Shown here piece by piece: positions 41,834-52,133 of a DNA stretch of 64,000 bases (positions within the stretch are counted from its first letter, which is position 1; each line of letters starts with the position of its first letter). A program made the translations under genes and the position numbers. Source of the stretch: an uncultured Verrucomicrobiae bacterium (GTDB taxonomy: Bacteria; Verrucomicrobiota; Verrucomicrobiia; Opitutales; JABDGR01); contig CAVXVB010000007.1 in assembly GCA_963765205.1 (NCBI GenBank), positions 64,001 to 128,000 on the forward strand, written 5' to 3'. The notes beneath the pieces were generated by a model. The model had not been told where the DNA came from, made no database searches, and worked only from the letters and a program-made list of their open reading frames with translations.

Positions 41834-42116
41834 GGGGAGCGGGGATTAAGAATTTTACCACAAAAAACGCAAAAGACACAAAAGGGGCAAAGGTGGGTCG
41901 GGACTGGAACTTACTCGATGACTAATGGGCAGCGGGGGATTGCGGCCAATTAAGCATTAATTTATGGCTTTGCCAAGTGCGGAGCGGCGGTTGGGTTTAT
42001 GGGATTATCCCCAGGAAAATTCGGGCGGGGTCAGTTTGAATCAAATTTGGCAAATTATCCGCCAGCCAAAAGGCATTGCCGGGGGGCAGGCTTTCGCGCT
42101 AGGGTGGGGGCGCGCC

Positions 42117-42950
42117 ATGTATCAACAGTTTTTCGGGTTCAAGGTGATGCCCTTCAACATCACCCCCGACCCCAACTTCCTCTACCTGAGCCCCACGCAT
42201 CAGGAGGCGCTCGCGCATTTGCGCTACGGGATGGCCCAGAAAAAGGGCTTCATCGTGCTCACCGGCGAAGTCGGCTGCGGCAAGACGACGCTGTGCCGCG
42301 TGTTCCTGAACGAACTCGACGCCGCGCGCACGGACACGGCGCTGATCCTCAACCCGCGCCTGACCGAGCGCGAGCTGCTCGCCGCGGTGTTGCGCGAGCT
42401 GGGCGAAATTCCGCCCGGCGCGGGCAGCGCGCCGCTGGCGCTCGACAACGCGGACCTGACCGGGCGGCTCAACGACGCGCTGCTGCGGCGCATTCGCGAC
42501 GGCAAGGACATCGTGCTCATCATTGACGAGGCGCAAAACCTCTCCTTTGAGGTCATGGAGCAAATCCGTTTGCTGTCGAATCTGGAGACGGACACGCAAA
42601 AACTGATGCAGATTATTTTGATCGGCCAGCCGGAGTTGAAGGCGCACCTCGCGGAGAAGCGCCTGCGGCAATTGCGCCAGCGCATTTTGGTTTTCTACGA
42701 ACTGCGCCCGCTCAAGCGCGCGCAGGTGGACGCCTATATCCAGCACCGCCTCACGCTTGCGGGCGCGAGCAGCCGGCCGCGCTTCACGAAGGCGGCGCTG
42801 CGCGCGATCAGCAGCCGCAGCCGCGGCATCCCGCGCCTGGTCAATTCACTGTGCGACAAGGCGCTGCTCGCGGCCTACGCGCGCGATTCGGAGGAAGTGA
42901 ACTGGTTCGACGTGCGCCGCGCGGCGAAAGACCAGGCGCAGTTGGACTGA
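42117..42950 (+). CDS. ExeA/GspA-family AAA ATPase
   Basis: MYQQFFG...PF.ITPDP.FLY, GEVGCGKTT, IIDEAQNL, LIGQPEL, GIPRLVN. Confidence 0.9.
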   Translation: MYQQFFGFKVMPFNITPDPNFLYLSPTHQEALAHLRYGMAQKKGFIVLTGEVGCGKTTLCRVFLNELDAARTDTALILNPRLTERELLAAVLRELGEIPPGAGSAPLALDNADLTGRLNDALLRRIRDGKDIVLIIDEAQNLSFEVMEQIRLLSNLETDTQKLMQIILIGQPELKAHLAEKRLRQLRQRILVFYELRPLKRAQVDAYIQHRLTLAGASSRPRFTKAALRAISSRSRGIPRLVNSLCDKALLAAYARDSEEVNWFDVRRAAKDQAQLD

Positions 42951-42954
42951 CCCC

Positions 42955-43302
42955 TCAGCGTGGCTTTTTCGGCGGGCGGGCCGGCGCGTGGCCGTAAGGG
43001 GCCGGGTCTTCGGCCACGCGCGGAGAGTCCAGCCGGGGCGCATCATAGGCCGACGCGGCCCGTTGCAGGGCATCCAACCGTTCGGAAATCCAATACTTGA
43101 TCATGGATTGCCGCGTGATGCCGAGGCGTCCGGCCTCGCGGTCGAGTGAGGCGACCATCCATTGTGGAAAGTCCACGTTGATGCGTTGCGCCTCGAGGCC
43201 CGGCCGGCGAGTAAGCGAGCGGTCTATATACGGAGTCATATCCACGCCGGCATCATGCAGGGCGTCGAGTTCTTCCGCGGTGAGTTGTTTTTTATTGGTC
43301 AT
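42955..43302 (-). CDS. brnA: BrnA/CopG-type antitoxin
   Basis: RINVDFPQWMVASLDREA.RLGITRQSMIKYWISERL ribbon-helix-helix; overlaps the brnT stop. Confidence 0.85.
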   Translation of the reverse strand: MTNKKQLTAEELDALHDAGVDMTPYIDRSLTRRPGLEAQRINVDFPQWMVASLDREAGRLGITRQSMIKYWISERLDALQRAASAYDAPRLDSPRVAEDPAPYGHAPARPPKKPR

Positions 43303-43555
43303 GATAACGCTCCTTTTCATATTTGCGCACGCGACGAACAGAGATCAGGCGGATGTTTTCTCCGCGATTGGTGAAAATGGCGGACCAAAGCGTGTCACCA
43401 ACCAGACCCACCATCTGGAATCTTGGCTCGGAAGGATTGGGCATGATGTCTTCGACGCGCTTCTCGTCCGCCCAGATAGCTTGGGCCTCGACAAAATCAA
43501 TCCCATGGTTGATTTTATTCGAGGCCGACTTGGCTGGATCAAACTCGAAGGGCGT
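43292..43555 (-). CDS. brnT: BrnT-family toxin with ACG in the start position
   Basis: Manual translation: (T/M)PFEFDPAKSASNKINHGIDFVEAQAIW...EPRF...FTNRGENIRLISVRRVRKYE; in-frame TAA immediately upstream of the ACG. Confidence 0.8.
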   Translation of the reverse strand, partial: TPFEFDPAKSASNKINHGIDFVEAQAIWADEKRVEDIMPNPSEPRFQMVGLVGDTLWSAIFTNRGENIRLISVRRVRKYEKERYHDQ

Positions 43556-43572
43556 TTATAGTATAGAAATAG

Positions 43573-43593
43573 CATACTTTTGGTGTATGTCAA
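43573..43593 (-). promoter_or_regulatory. Putative brnTA promoter/operator
   Basis: TTGACA (43593-43588) overlapping the palindrome CATAC-N7-GTATG; TATACT lies 4 nt upstream of the ACG. Confidence 0.5.
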
Positions 43594-43668
43594 GGGCTTT
43601 TTCGGCACAATTTGATTGACCTTTAATTCGACTGAACGATGATGTAAACTACCAACACAACACCTGCC

Positions 43669-44991
43669 ATGAGCCTGATCAGCGATGCCCTGAAGAAAGC
43701 CGAGCGCGACCGGCAGGCCGCGCAGGCGGCGGCCCAGGCGCCGGTGGCCGCACCACTGCCCCCGCCAGCCGCGCCTCCACCCACACCACAGCCCGTGGTG
43801 GTGACGCCGGCTCCCGCGCCCCTCAAGGTTGCGCCCAAGGTTCCGACGCCGATCCCGCTCCCGGTTAAGACGGTGCCGGCCCCGGTCGCGGCGAAGGTCG
43901 CGCCAGCAATAGTTGAGTCCGTGGAGATCGAGCCCAAAAAGTCGCCTGTGCGCGCGACGAATCGCCGGCCGATGATGTTTGCAGGCATCGGACTGTTAGT
44001 CGTGTTATTCGGATTGGGAGCGTATTTCCTGCTTCAGAGTGGAAATCCGCCGGAAAATGCTCCGCCGGTGAAAGTCGCGGCGAACCCGCCGCCGAAACCC
44101 GCCGCGCCCACGCCACCGCCGGCCATGGTTGCCGCGCAACCCGTGGCCCCGCCGCCGCTGCGACGCCCGATTGAAACGCCCCCACCCGCCATCAACGTTG
44201 CTTCGACCCCGGCGACGCCCACATCGGTTCCGGTGGTCGCGTCAATGCCTGCGCCCTTGCCGCCACCACCCAAACCGCAACCCGAACTGGCGATGGATAA
44301 TAAGCCGACCGAGCCGGTGGTTGCTGCGCCTGCGCAGCCGCCGGAGCAACCTCCAGCGCCTGTGGTGGCCATCTCGACTCCGCCTATTTCGACTCCTGCG
44401 CCTGTTGTAAGTCCTGCGGCTGTTTCCACGCCTGCGCCTGTTGCGGTCTCGCCCCCCGCGCCGGCTCCTGCGCCGGTCGTGGCCAGTTCGACGCCGAGCG
44501 TCGCACCGACTCCCGTTACGCCCGCACCCACGCCAATTTCGCCCGTTTCACTCCCGCTCCCGCCCAGCCCAGTGCCGACACAGGTTGCTTCGAGTCCTCC
44601 GCTGCCCATGCCCACGGCGACAGTGCCCGCTGCGACTTCGCCGACCGCGCCCATGTCCAGCCCGGTGCCACAGCCGGCACCCGCAGCGGTGCCGATTCCC
44701 GCCGTGGTTGCGCCACCGATGGTGGCGGTGGCCGCGCCGCCAGTCGCTCCCGCTATTCCGGCGGCTGCGCCCGCCGGCCCGAATCCCGCCGCGCAAGCCT
44801 TCGTGGATCAAATGCTGATCAATGGCGTGATGCTGGGCGCCGCCAATTCCCAACGCATTCTGGTGAAAGGCCAAACTTTCGGCAACGGCGATTTCGTAAA
44901 CCATGATTTGCAGTTGAAGCTCGCCGCCGTATTGCCGCACGATATTATTTTTGTCGATGGGTCCGGAATCCAATACCACAAGCGATACTAA
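43669..44991 (+). CDS. GspB/ExeB-like Pro-rich membrane protein
   Basis: MSLISDALKKAERDR N-terminus, TM helix, Pro-rich linker, small C-terminal beta domain. Confidence 0.7.
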   Translation: MSLISDALKKAERDRQAAQAAAQAPVAAPLPPPAAPPPTPQPVVVTPAPAPLKVAPKVPTPIPLPVKTVPAPVAAKVAPAIVESVEIEPKKSPVRATNRRPMMFAGIGLLVVLFGLGAYFLLQSGNPPENAPPVKVAANPPPKPAAPTPPPAMVAAQPVAPPPLRRPIETPPPAINVASTPATPTSVPVVASMPAPLPPPPKPQPELAMDNKPTEPVVAAPAQPPEQPPAPVVAISTPPISTPAPVVSPAAVSTPAPVAVSPPAPAPAPVVASSTPSVAPTPVTPAPTPISPVSLPLPPSPVPTQVASSPPLPMPTATVPAATSPTAPMSSPVPQPAPAAVPIPAVVAPPMVAVAAPPVAPAIPAAAPAGPNPAAQAFVDQMLINGVMLGAANSQRILVKGQTFGNGDFVNHDLQLKLAAVLPHDIIFVDGSGIQYHKRY

Positions 44992-45757
44992 TCCGAAGCC
45001 GCGGCTGCAAATTGCGCGCCCCAAGGAGGCGCCGGCCGCGCCGGAACCGGCATCGCCCGCCCCCGCGCCGGCCCCACCCGCCGCGTTGCCGCGCTTTGCC
45101 TTTGCCCGAAAAAAGGTCGTCGAGGAAGCGCCGCCCGCATCGCCCCCGACGGCGGCAGCACCGCCACCCGTGCCCCCGCCCGGGCCGGCCCCTGGGCGGC
45201 CCGCCTCCGGTTCGTCAGGCCTGCCGCTGAAACGCCCGCCGCCCGGCTCGCCGCTGATGGCGGCCAATGAACTCGCCGCACCCGATGGGCTGCAAACTGG
45301 GCCGTTGACGCGCGCCAGTTCGGCCACGCCATTTTCGGCCAAAGCGAAATCCAGGCCGGCGCCGCGCAGCCAGGTGCCGTTGCTGATCATTCTTGGCCTC
45401 CTGGTGTTGATCGTCGGGGGCGAATCCTACTATATTTTGATGCAGGATCAAAAGGACGCGGCCATCATCCAGGCCACGCCGCCGGTGGTCATCGGCGGCA
45501 ATGCGCCCGCGGCCAAGCCAACGGAAATCACCGCGAACGGCCCGGCGGAAACCGCCGCAGCCAAATATTTGCGGGCCATGCGGGTGGATTTTGTGGACGC
45601 CGGAGCCAGCCCCAAGCTGTCGGTCGGCGGCCAGATTTTTGAGCCGGGCCAAATTGTGGACAAGTCGACGGGGTTGAAATGGATGCTGATTGACGACAAG
45701 GCGCGACAATTGGAATTCGTGGATGGGCAGGGGCGGCACTACCTCATAAAATTTTAA
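44957..45757 (+). CDS. Second GspB-like membrane protein
   Basis: TM helix and a C-terminal domain similar to the preceding gene (GQIFEPGQIVD...LEFVDGQGRHY versus GQTFGNGDFVN...IIFVDGSGIQY). Confidence 0.55.
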   Translation: MGPESNTTSDTNPKPRLQIARPKEAPAAPEPASPAPAPAPPAALPRFAFARKKVVEEAPPASPPTAAAPPPVPPPGPAPGRPASGSSGLPLKRPPPGSPLMAANELAAPDGLQTGPLTRASSATPFSAKAKSRPAPRSQVPLLIILGLLVLIVGGESYYILMQDQKDAAIIQATPPVVIGGNAPAAKPTEITANGPAETAAAKYLRAMRVDFVDAGASPKLSVGGQIFEPGQIVDKSTGLKWMLIDDKARQLEFVDGQGRHYLIKF

Positions 45758-45868
45758 CGGGGTAAAGGGAGGGGGTGGGCGACATATGGAAATTTAATGT
45801 TTCCGCTCTAGCTTTTCCAGCGGGGACGGCTAACGTAGGGCCTTTCCGTCTTTTTACCCAACCCTGTC

Positions 45869-48670
45869 ATGGCTGCATCCGCCCCCAACCCGCCGGTTCC
45901 CGCCTCCGCACCGGGCCCGGGGAAAGAGTTCGCGCGGCTGGCGCCCGGCCAAAATGCGAGCGAAGCCTGGTTGCTCCAGGCGGCGAAGCTGGGCGCCCCC
46001 GAGCTGTTGGAGAAGCTACAAGTTTCGCCCGCCGGCCTGTCCTGGACGGCGGCGCGCGAACGCCTGGACGAATACGGGCACAACGTCGCGGTCCCGCACA
46101 AACTGGCGCCCTGGCCGCGGGTGCTCTGGCGCGCCTTTTGCAACCCCTTCAATTATATTCTATTGTTTTTGGCCATAATATCCTGGTTGACCGCCGACCC
46201 CGGCGACCCGGCGGCGGGCGATCCGGGCGACCCACGCTTTCTGGGGGTGCCCGACGACGCCCTGCTCATGTTCACAATGATCGCCGTTTCGACGATCCTG
46301 CGTTTCTGGCAGGAATACCGCTCGCAGGTGAAGGCGGACGTGCTGCGCAAAATGGTGCGCAACCTGGCCACCGTCTACCGCACGGAGAACGAGGGGGAAG
46401 AGCGCCAGCCGGACTCGATGGACCCGGCGGCCTCGGAAATTTTGATGCAGGACATAGCCCCCGGGGACATCGTCAAGCTTTCGGCCGGCGACATGATACC
46501 GGCCGAATGCCGCCTGCTGGAATCGCGCGATTTGTTTGTCAGCCAGTCCGCGCTCACCGGGGAGGCGATGCCGGTGGAAAAAGACGCGCGCCAGGGTGGC
46601 AATGAAGGGGGCGAAGGGGCGCTGCTGCAAACCCCCAATCTGTGTTTCATGGGCAGCTCCGTGGTCAGCGGCACGGCGAAGGCGGTGGTGCTGGCGACCG
46701 GGCCGAGCACGCAAATGGGCGCGCTGGCCTCGAAGCTGGTCGAGCAGCGCCCGCTGACCTCGTTTGACATTGGCGTCAACAAGGTCAGCATGCTGTTGAT
46801 CAAATTCATGGTCGTGATGGTGCCGATCGTCATCCTGATCAACGGCCTGACCACCAAAGGCGGCAGCGACGAGACGCTGGCCAAACACTGGCTGGAAGCC
46901 GGCATGTTTGGCGTGGCGGTGGCCGTGGGGCTGGTGCCGGAGATGCTGCCGATGATCGTCAACACCAACCTGGCGCGCGGCGCGGTGGCCATGGCCCGCG
47001 AAAAAGTCGTGGTCAAGCGCATCAACGCCATCCAGAACTTCGGAGCCATGGACGTGCTTTGCACGGACAAGACCGGCACGCTGACCCAGGACCGGGTGGC
47101 GCTGATCAAGCACCTCGACGTGCACGGGGAGGAGCGCGCGGAGGTGCTGGAAAAGGCCTATCTTAATAGTTTATATCAATCCGGATTAAAAAACCTGATT
47201 GACCGGGCGGTGATTGACCACGCGCGACTGTTCCCCGCCATGCAGGACGCGGCGCAGGCCTACGCGCGCATTGACGAGCTGCCGTTCGACTTTTTCCGCC
47301 GGCGCATGTCGGTGGTGATCAAGCCGACGAACGGCAGCGGGCCGACGCTGCTGGTGTGCAAGGGGGCGGTGGACGAGATGCTCGAAATCTGCTCCCACGT
47401 CGTCGAGGACGGCCGGGTGGCCCCGCTGTCGGATGAAACGGTCGCCTGCCTGCGCCAATTGCGCGACGACAACAACAACGACGGGCTGCGGCTGGTGGGC
47501 GTGGCCTATAAGGAGGTGACCAAGGCGGCTGGGGAATATAAAATCGCGGACGAGAGCGACCTGACCTTCAGTGGCTACATTGCGTTCCTTGACCCGGCTA
47601 AGGACAGCGCGCCGGAGGCGCTCCGGCTGCTGCGCTCACACGGCGTGGCGGTGATAATCCTCACCGGCGACAACGCCCTGGTGGCGCGCAAAGTCTGCCA
47701 CGACGTGGAATTGGAGGTGGAGGGGGTGGTGGTGGGCGAAGAGTTGAAAGCGTGGACGCCGCAGGACTGGAAAGAGCGCATCGAGCACACGACCATTTTC
47801 GCCAAGCTCACGCCCTCGCAAAAGGCCGACGTGGTGCGCGCGCTCAAGAAAAACGGCCACACGGTGGGCTTCATGGGGGACGGGATCAACGACTCGCTGG
47901 CGCTGCGCGAGGCGGACGTGGGGATATCGGTGGACACGGGCGTGGACATCGCGAAAGAGGCGGCGGACATCATCCTGCTGGAAAAGAGCCTGCTGGTGCT
48001 GGAGCGCGGCGTCATCTGGGGCCGCATCACCTACGGCAACATCATCAAGTATATCAAGATGGCGGCCAGCTCGAATTTTGGGAATGTTTTCAGCATGTTG
48101 GTGGCGAGCGCCTTCCTGCCCTTCTACCCCATGCTGCCGGTGCAGATCCTGCTGCAAAATCTTTTTTACGACATTTCACAAATCGCCATCCCGTGGGATC
48201 GGATGGACGAGGACTGGTTGAAAATTCCGCGGCGCTGGGCGCCGGGCAGCATCGCCCGCTACATGGTCTGCATCGGCCCGATCAGCTCGATTTTCGACAT
48301 CACCACGTTTCTGGGGATGTGGTATCTCTTCGGCGTGGGCCTGAACCCGGCGGACGAGCACAACATCTCGCTGTTCCAGTCGGCCTGGTTTGTCGAGGGG
48401 CTGATCACGCAGACGCTGATCGTGCACATGATCCGCACGGAAAAAATCCCTTTCGTGCAAAGTCGGGCGTCCACGCCGGTGATCCTGCTCACGCTGTCCG
48501 TCATTGCGGCGGGGTGCTACCTGCCGTTTTCGCCGATGGCGAAGGCGATCCGGATGGTGGCGCTGCCGCCGGCCTACTGGCCGTTGCTGGCCGCGACGAT
48601 CTTCGGCTACTGCGTGCTGACGCAAATCGGCAAGCACTACTACATCAAGAAGTTTAAGGAGTGGATGTGA
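45869..48670 (+). CDS. mgtA: Magnesium-translocating P-type ATPase
   Basis: LTGEAMPVEK, GLVPEMLPMIV, DKTGTLT, ELPFDFFRRRMS, TGDN, GDGIND, SSNFGNVFS. Confidence 0.95.
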   Translation: MAASAPNPPVPASAPGPGKEFARLAPGQNASEAWLLQAAKLGAPELLEKLQVSPAGLSWTAARERLDEYGHNVAVPHKLAPWPRVLWRAFCNPFNYILLFLAIISWLTADPGDPAAGDPGDPRFLGVPDDALLMFTMIAVSTILRFWQEYRSQVKADVLRKMVRNLATVYRTENEGEERQPDSMDPAASEILMQDIAPGDIVKLSAGDMIPAECRLLESRDLFVSQSALTGEAMPVEKDARQGGNEGGEGALLQTPNLCFMGSSVVSGTAKAVVLATGPSTQMGALASKLVEQRPLTSFDIGVNKVSMLLIKFMVVMVPIVILINGLTTKGGSDETLAKHWLEAGMFGVAVAVGLVPEMLPMIVNTNLARGAVAMAREKVVVKRINAIQNFGAMDVLCTDKTGTLTQDRVALIKHLDVHGEERAEVLEKAYLNSLYQSGLKNLIDRAVIDHARLFPAMQDAAQAYARIDELPFDFFRRRMSVVIKPTNGSGPTLLVCKGAVDEMLEICSHVVEDGRVAPLSDETVACLRQLRDDNNNDGLRLVGVAYKEVTKAAGEYKIADESDLTFSGYIAFLDPAKDSAPEALRLLRSHGVAVIILTGDNALVARKVCHDVELEVEGVVVGEELKAWTPQDWKERIEHTTIFAKLTPSQKADVVRALKKNGHTVGFMGDGINDSLALREADVGISVDTGVDIAKEAADIILLEKSLLVLERGVIWGRITYGNIIKYIKMAASSNFGNVFSMLVASAFLPFYPMLPVQILLQNLFYDISQIAIPWDRMDEDWLKIPRRWAPGSIARYMVCIGPISSIFDITTFLGMWYLFGVGLNPADEHNISLFQSAWFVEGLITQTLIVHMIRTEKIPFVQSRASTPVILLTLSVIAAGCYLPFSPMAKAIRMVALPPAYWPLLAATIFGYCVLTQIGKHYYIKKFKEWM

Positions 48671-48674
48671 GGGG

Positions 48675-48766
48675 GAGGGACAGAGGGACAGAGGGACAGA
48701 GGGACAGAGGGACAGAGGGACAGAGGGACAGAGGGACAGAGGGACAGAGGGACAGAGGGACAGAGG
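48675..48766. repeat. Tandem octamer (GAGGGACA) x11
   Basis: Perfect array directly after the mgtA stop; related 8-mers at about 16075, 21203 and 22975. Confidence 0.95.
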
Positions 48767-48912
48767 CTGAAGAGCGTAGGCGGGATTGATTTTTGTCGAG
48801 TGCGAAATTAATTCTGCACAATCTAATTTCTTGATTGTTCAGCAATCAGGACTCAGCAATCAGAAATTTTCCTCAGCCGCCTCTGTGCCTCTGCTCCTTT
48901 GTCCCTTCCGCC

Positions 48913-50416
48913 TCAGTCGCCCAGCTCGAAGAAGGCGCGGAGGTGGCGAATGATGCTTTCGCGGGATTTCGGGGGGCGCGGCCGGGGCGGCGCCGGGCAT
49001 TGGCTCGACGTTGGCCTGCTGGCGTTGGGCCAGCAGCTCGCCGAGCCGGTTGAGGACTTCGGGGTTGTGGCGCACGAAGGCCGAAAAGGCCGCATGGGTG
49101 ATTTCGACGGCCTCGACTTCCGCCAGCGCCACCACCGTGGCCGACCGGCGTTCCCCGGTGAGCACCGACATTTCGCCGAGGCAGTCGCCAGGGCCGAGTT
49201 GGGTGACGACCTTCGTCACGCCGTTGCGCGCGACGCGGACATCCACGTAGCCCTGGACGACGAGGAACATGCTCGCGCCGTGTTCGCCCTGTTCGACGAG
49301 CGGCTCGGCGGGGGCAAAGAGCACGACGGAGCTGTGCTGCACCAAGTCGTCCACCTGGGCGGTGGAGAGGAAACTGAAGATGGAATGGGCCCGCAGGGCG
49401 GCGGCGGCGGCGGCGCGGGCCTCGGCGGCGGGGTCGCGCGGGCCGGGCTGGTGGAGGGTGATGGTGGGGAAGGGAATTTCCATGCCGGCGCGGCGCACGG
49501 CATACCAGCAATGGGAAAGCACCTCGCTCGTCACGCGGTTCATCAGCCGGTGGTCCTCGACCCAAAATTTGATTTCATAATTAACGGAGGAGGCGGCGAA
49601 CTCCTTGATGTAAACTTCCGGTGGCGGCTCGGGGCAGACACCCGGCACCGTGATGGCGGCGTGGCGCAGCACGATCAGCGCGCGCGCAGGCGGCACGTTG
49701 TAGTGCAACCCGAGGGCCGCGCGCAGGGCGTGGCGCGGCGCCGGTTGGTGAAAATTAATGATGGGGCGCTTGACGAGGTCGCTGTTGGGCACTTCGAGGA
49801 CGACTTCGTCGTTGGTGAGCAGGCGGGTCGAGCGCCAGGCGACTTCGAGAACGCGCGCATGGTAAGTGTCCACCAGCAGCCAGTCGCCGACTTTGAAGGG
49901 CTTCGAGACGTAAAGGGCGAAGCCGGCCAGGATGTTGCCCAGCAAGTCCTGCATCGCAAAACCGATGATGAAGGCCGCGACGCCGGAGCCAGCGAGGAGG
50001 GTGGTGGGGAGCGTGTTCTTGTAAATAACGCTCCAGACCACCACCGCTGCAGCGAGGAGGACGAGGAGGCCGGTGGTGTCCGCCAGCAGGCGCGGGGCGT
50101 CGGCGCGGCGGCCGTCAGGTAGGGTGCGCGTCCAGAGCACGCGATTGAGCAGCGCGATGAGGGGGAAGGCGGAGAGGAGGACGGTGATCGCGCCGACGTT
50201 GAGGACGAGGTTGGGATTCCAGGAAGGGACCCAGCCGGAGAGGGTGAGGCCGCCCAGGAGCGCGGCGGCGGCGGCGAAGGCGTGGTAGAAGCGGCCGAAC
50301 TGGAGGTTGTGCGAGCGGCGGAGCAATTGCGCGCACCCGATGAGCGCGAGGTAATAAACGAGGCCCGCGACGGCCAGCACGAGCGTCTGGTGCAAAGTGG
50401 GAAACGGAAGTTTCAT
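48913..50416 (-). CDS. MscS-family mechanosensitive channel with cNMP-binding domain (frameshift near 48970)
   Basis: GFAMQDLLGNILAG...PFKVGDW, VPNS, IPFP, then GEMSVLTGERRSATV; probable true end IIRHLRAFFELGD at 48913. Confidence 0.88.
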
Positions 50417-50664
50417 GCCGGTAGATTGCGGCCCCAATAAAGTGGGTCGGCCGCGCGGTGTCACGATAATCCGCCGGCGTTGAAACGGGGTTGTCAAGCG
50501 GGGGGCGCGGGACTAGGGTGGGCGTAACTCCCCAAGGCGATTCACCGCCAAGGCGCGGAGGGCGCAAAGAAAGGATGCCGAATTAAAAATCCTCCTTTAC
50601 GTTCTTCGCGTCTTTGCGGTGAATGGTCTTGAGGTTAGCCGCACCTCCCGCCCCGCCTGCGCCC

Positions 50665-51372
50665 ATGAAAGAAATCCCCCTCCGCGAGTTGATGAGCATG
50701 GCCGACCCCGACGCGCATGAGGGGATCGGCGAATTGTGGAACCAGAAGACCATCCACTATCTCGTCGTATTCACCAGCGCGGACGCGGATTTCGAGATCA
50801 TCGGCGTGGGGCCGACGCTGCCGTATGCCACTTTGGAGGCGGCCGGCCAGCATCACATTCCGGGAAAAATGGCGGAGTATTACATCAAGTGCCCCGGCGC
50901 GATTGCCGGGCGGCTGCAACCGAAGCTCGCGCCGGGGCCGAGGCGATCGGCAACGCCGTCGCCGCTACCTGCGGCGCGGAGCAGGGAGCAGGGAGCGGGG
51001 AGCGGGGAGCGGAAAACGCCAATAATGGAAGATGGAAAAAGGAAAATGGAAGAAACGGCAGCCGCGACGCCGGTCGCCGACCCCGCCACGCCCTGCCCAA
51101 AACTCGAAACCCAAAACTCGAAACCCGAAACTATTTCCCCGGCCGCCCGACCCGCAACTGCTACTCCCGTCGCGCAACCTGCAACTTGCAACCTGCAACC
51201 CGCAACCCCGCCCGATTTAGCCGCCCGCGAAAAAGCCATCGGGCAGCGCGAGCAGGAATTGGCCGCGCTGTTCGACAGCCTGAAAATCCGCGAAGCGTCC
51301 TTGCGCGAGCGGGAAACAGCCATCGCGGCCATGGAAGAGCGATTGCTCAACCCGACGCGAAAATCCGAATAA
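50665..51372 (+). CDS. Hypothetical protein with in-frame heptamer modules and coiled-coil tail
   Basis: Globular N-terminus; SREQGAGSGE, MEDGKRKME, LETQNSKPET and QPATCNLQPAT repeat-encoded segments. Confidence 0.65.
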   Translation: MKEIPLRELMSMADPDAHEGIGELWNQKTIHYLVVFTSADADFEIIGVGPTLPYATLEAAGQHHIPGKMAEYYIKCPGAIAGRLQPKLAPGPRRSATPSPLPAARSREQGAGSGERKTPIMEDGKRKMEETAAATPVADPATPCPKLETQNSKPETISPAARPATATPVAQPATCNLQPATPPDLAAREKAIGQREQELAALFDSLKIREASLRERETAIAAMEERLLNPTRKSE

Positions 51373-51394
51373 CCCCCACTTTTTGGCAACGGCC

Positions 51395-52075
51395 ATGAAA
51401 AAAATTCTTGGTGCGATGGCGGCTCTCGCCGTGGCTGGAGCCCTACTTTGGTGGTTTAAGCATTCCGCCCAAGACGCTTCCGCGCCTGGCAAAGGCGCCA
51501 CGGTCGCCCCATTGGCACCAAGTCAAGGTGCCCAAGCCAAGCCTAACCAAGTCGCGCTAGCCACTTACCCGCCCGCGCCGGTGGTGGCGGACTGGCCGAA
51601 TGTTCCGTTGCACCGAGGGATTCCGTTTGCCCTGAACCCCGATCCCAAAGCAACCGCTGACCCGCGCGCGGAACTCAAATCCGCGATTGATGATATGGTG
51701 CGCCGGCTCGAAACGGGCGATGATATTGGATTCATCCAGCTCGATGAAGCGCCCGGCATGATCGCTTCTTGGGAAAGGGATATTACCCAGGCCGATATAG
51801 ACAGCAGTCCAAATATCAAGGCTTATTATCAACAAAAGTTGGCATATCTGCGGTTGTTTCAGCGCGCTTGGCCCGCCAGAACTGGGACCACACCGGAAGG
51901 GGAGGTGGTCGAATTTGAAATACCGGTGGCTATCAGTACCGAAACCTCTCCCGATGGGATTGTTATCGATGTTGCCGTGCCACGAAGTGGGGATAATGGG
52001 GCGGGGGCCAAAGAAGGCGCCTTTGCCGATGGCTGGTTTATAAAAATCAACGGCCTTTGGTATGACGATGATTAG
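51395..52075 (+). CDS. Membrane-anchored hypothetical protein (paralog family member 1)
   Basis: TM helix; AELKSAIDDMVRRLETGD ... FIKINGLWY. Confidence 0.65.
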   Translation: MKKILGAMAALAVAGALLWWFKHSAQDASAPGKGATVAPLAPSQGAQAKPNQVALATYPPAPVVADWPNVPLHRGIPFALNPDPKATADPRAELKSAIDDMVRRLETGDDIGFIQLDEAPGMIASWERDITQADIDSSPNIKAYYQQKLAYLRLFQRAWPARTGTTPEGEVVEFEIPVAISTETSPDGIVIDVAVPRSGDNGAGAKEGAFADGWFIKINGLWYDDD

Positions 52076-52133
52076 CTCAACATTTTCGTCGCCGAAATTT
52101 TGACAAAGCGCGGCGAGTGACATACGGTGAAAC

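Noticed and set aside
45757..45868. Mg2+-responsive riboswitch or leader peptide upstream of mgtA
   Set aside because: Only short complementary segments (GGGTAAA/TTTACCC, GACGG/CCGTC), with no recognisable M-box or Pro-rich leader; an Rfam/Infernal search would be needed.
48675..48766. CRISPR array
   Set aside because: Contiguous 8-mers with no spacers and no cas genes in the window.
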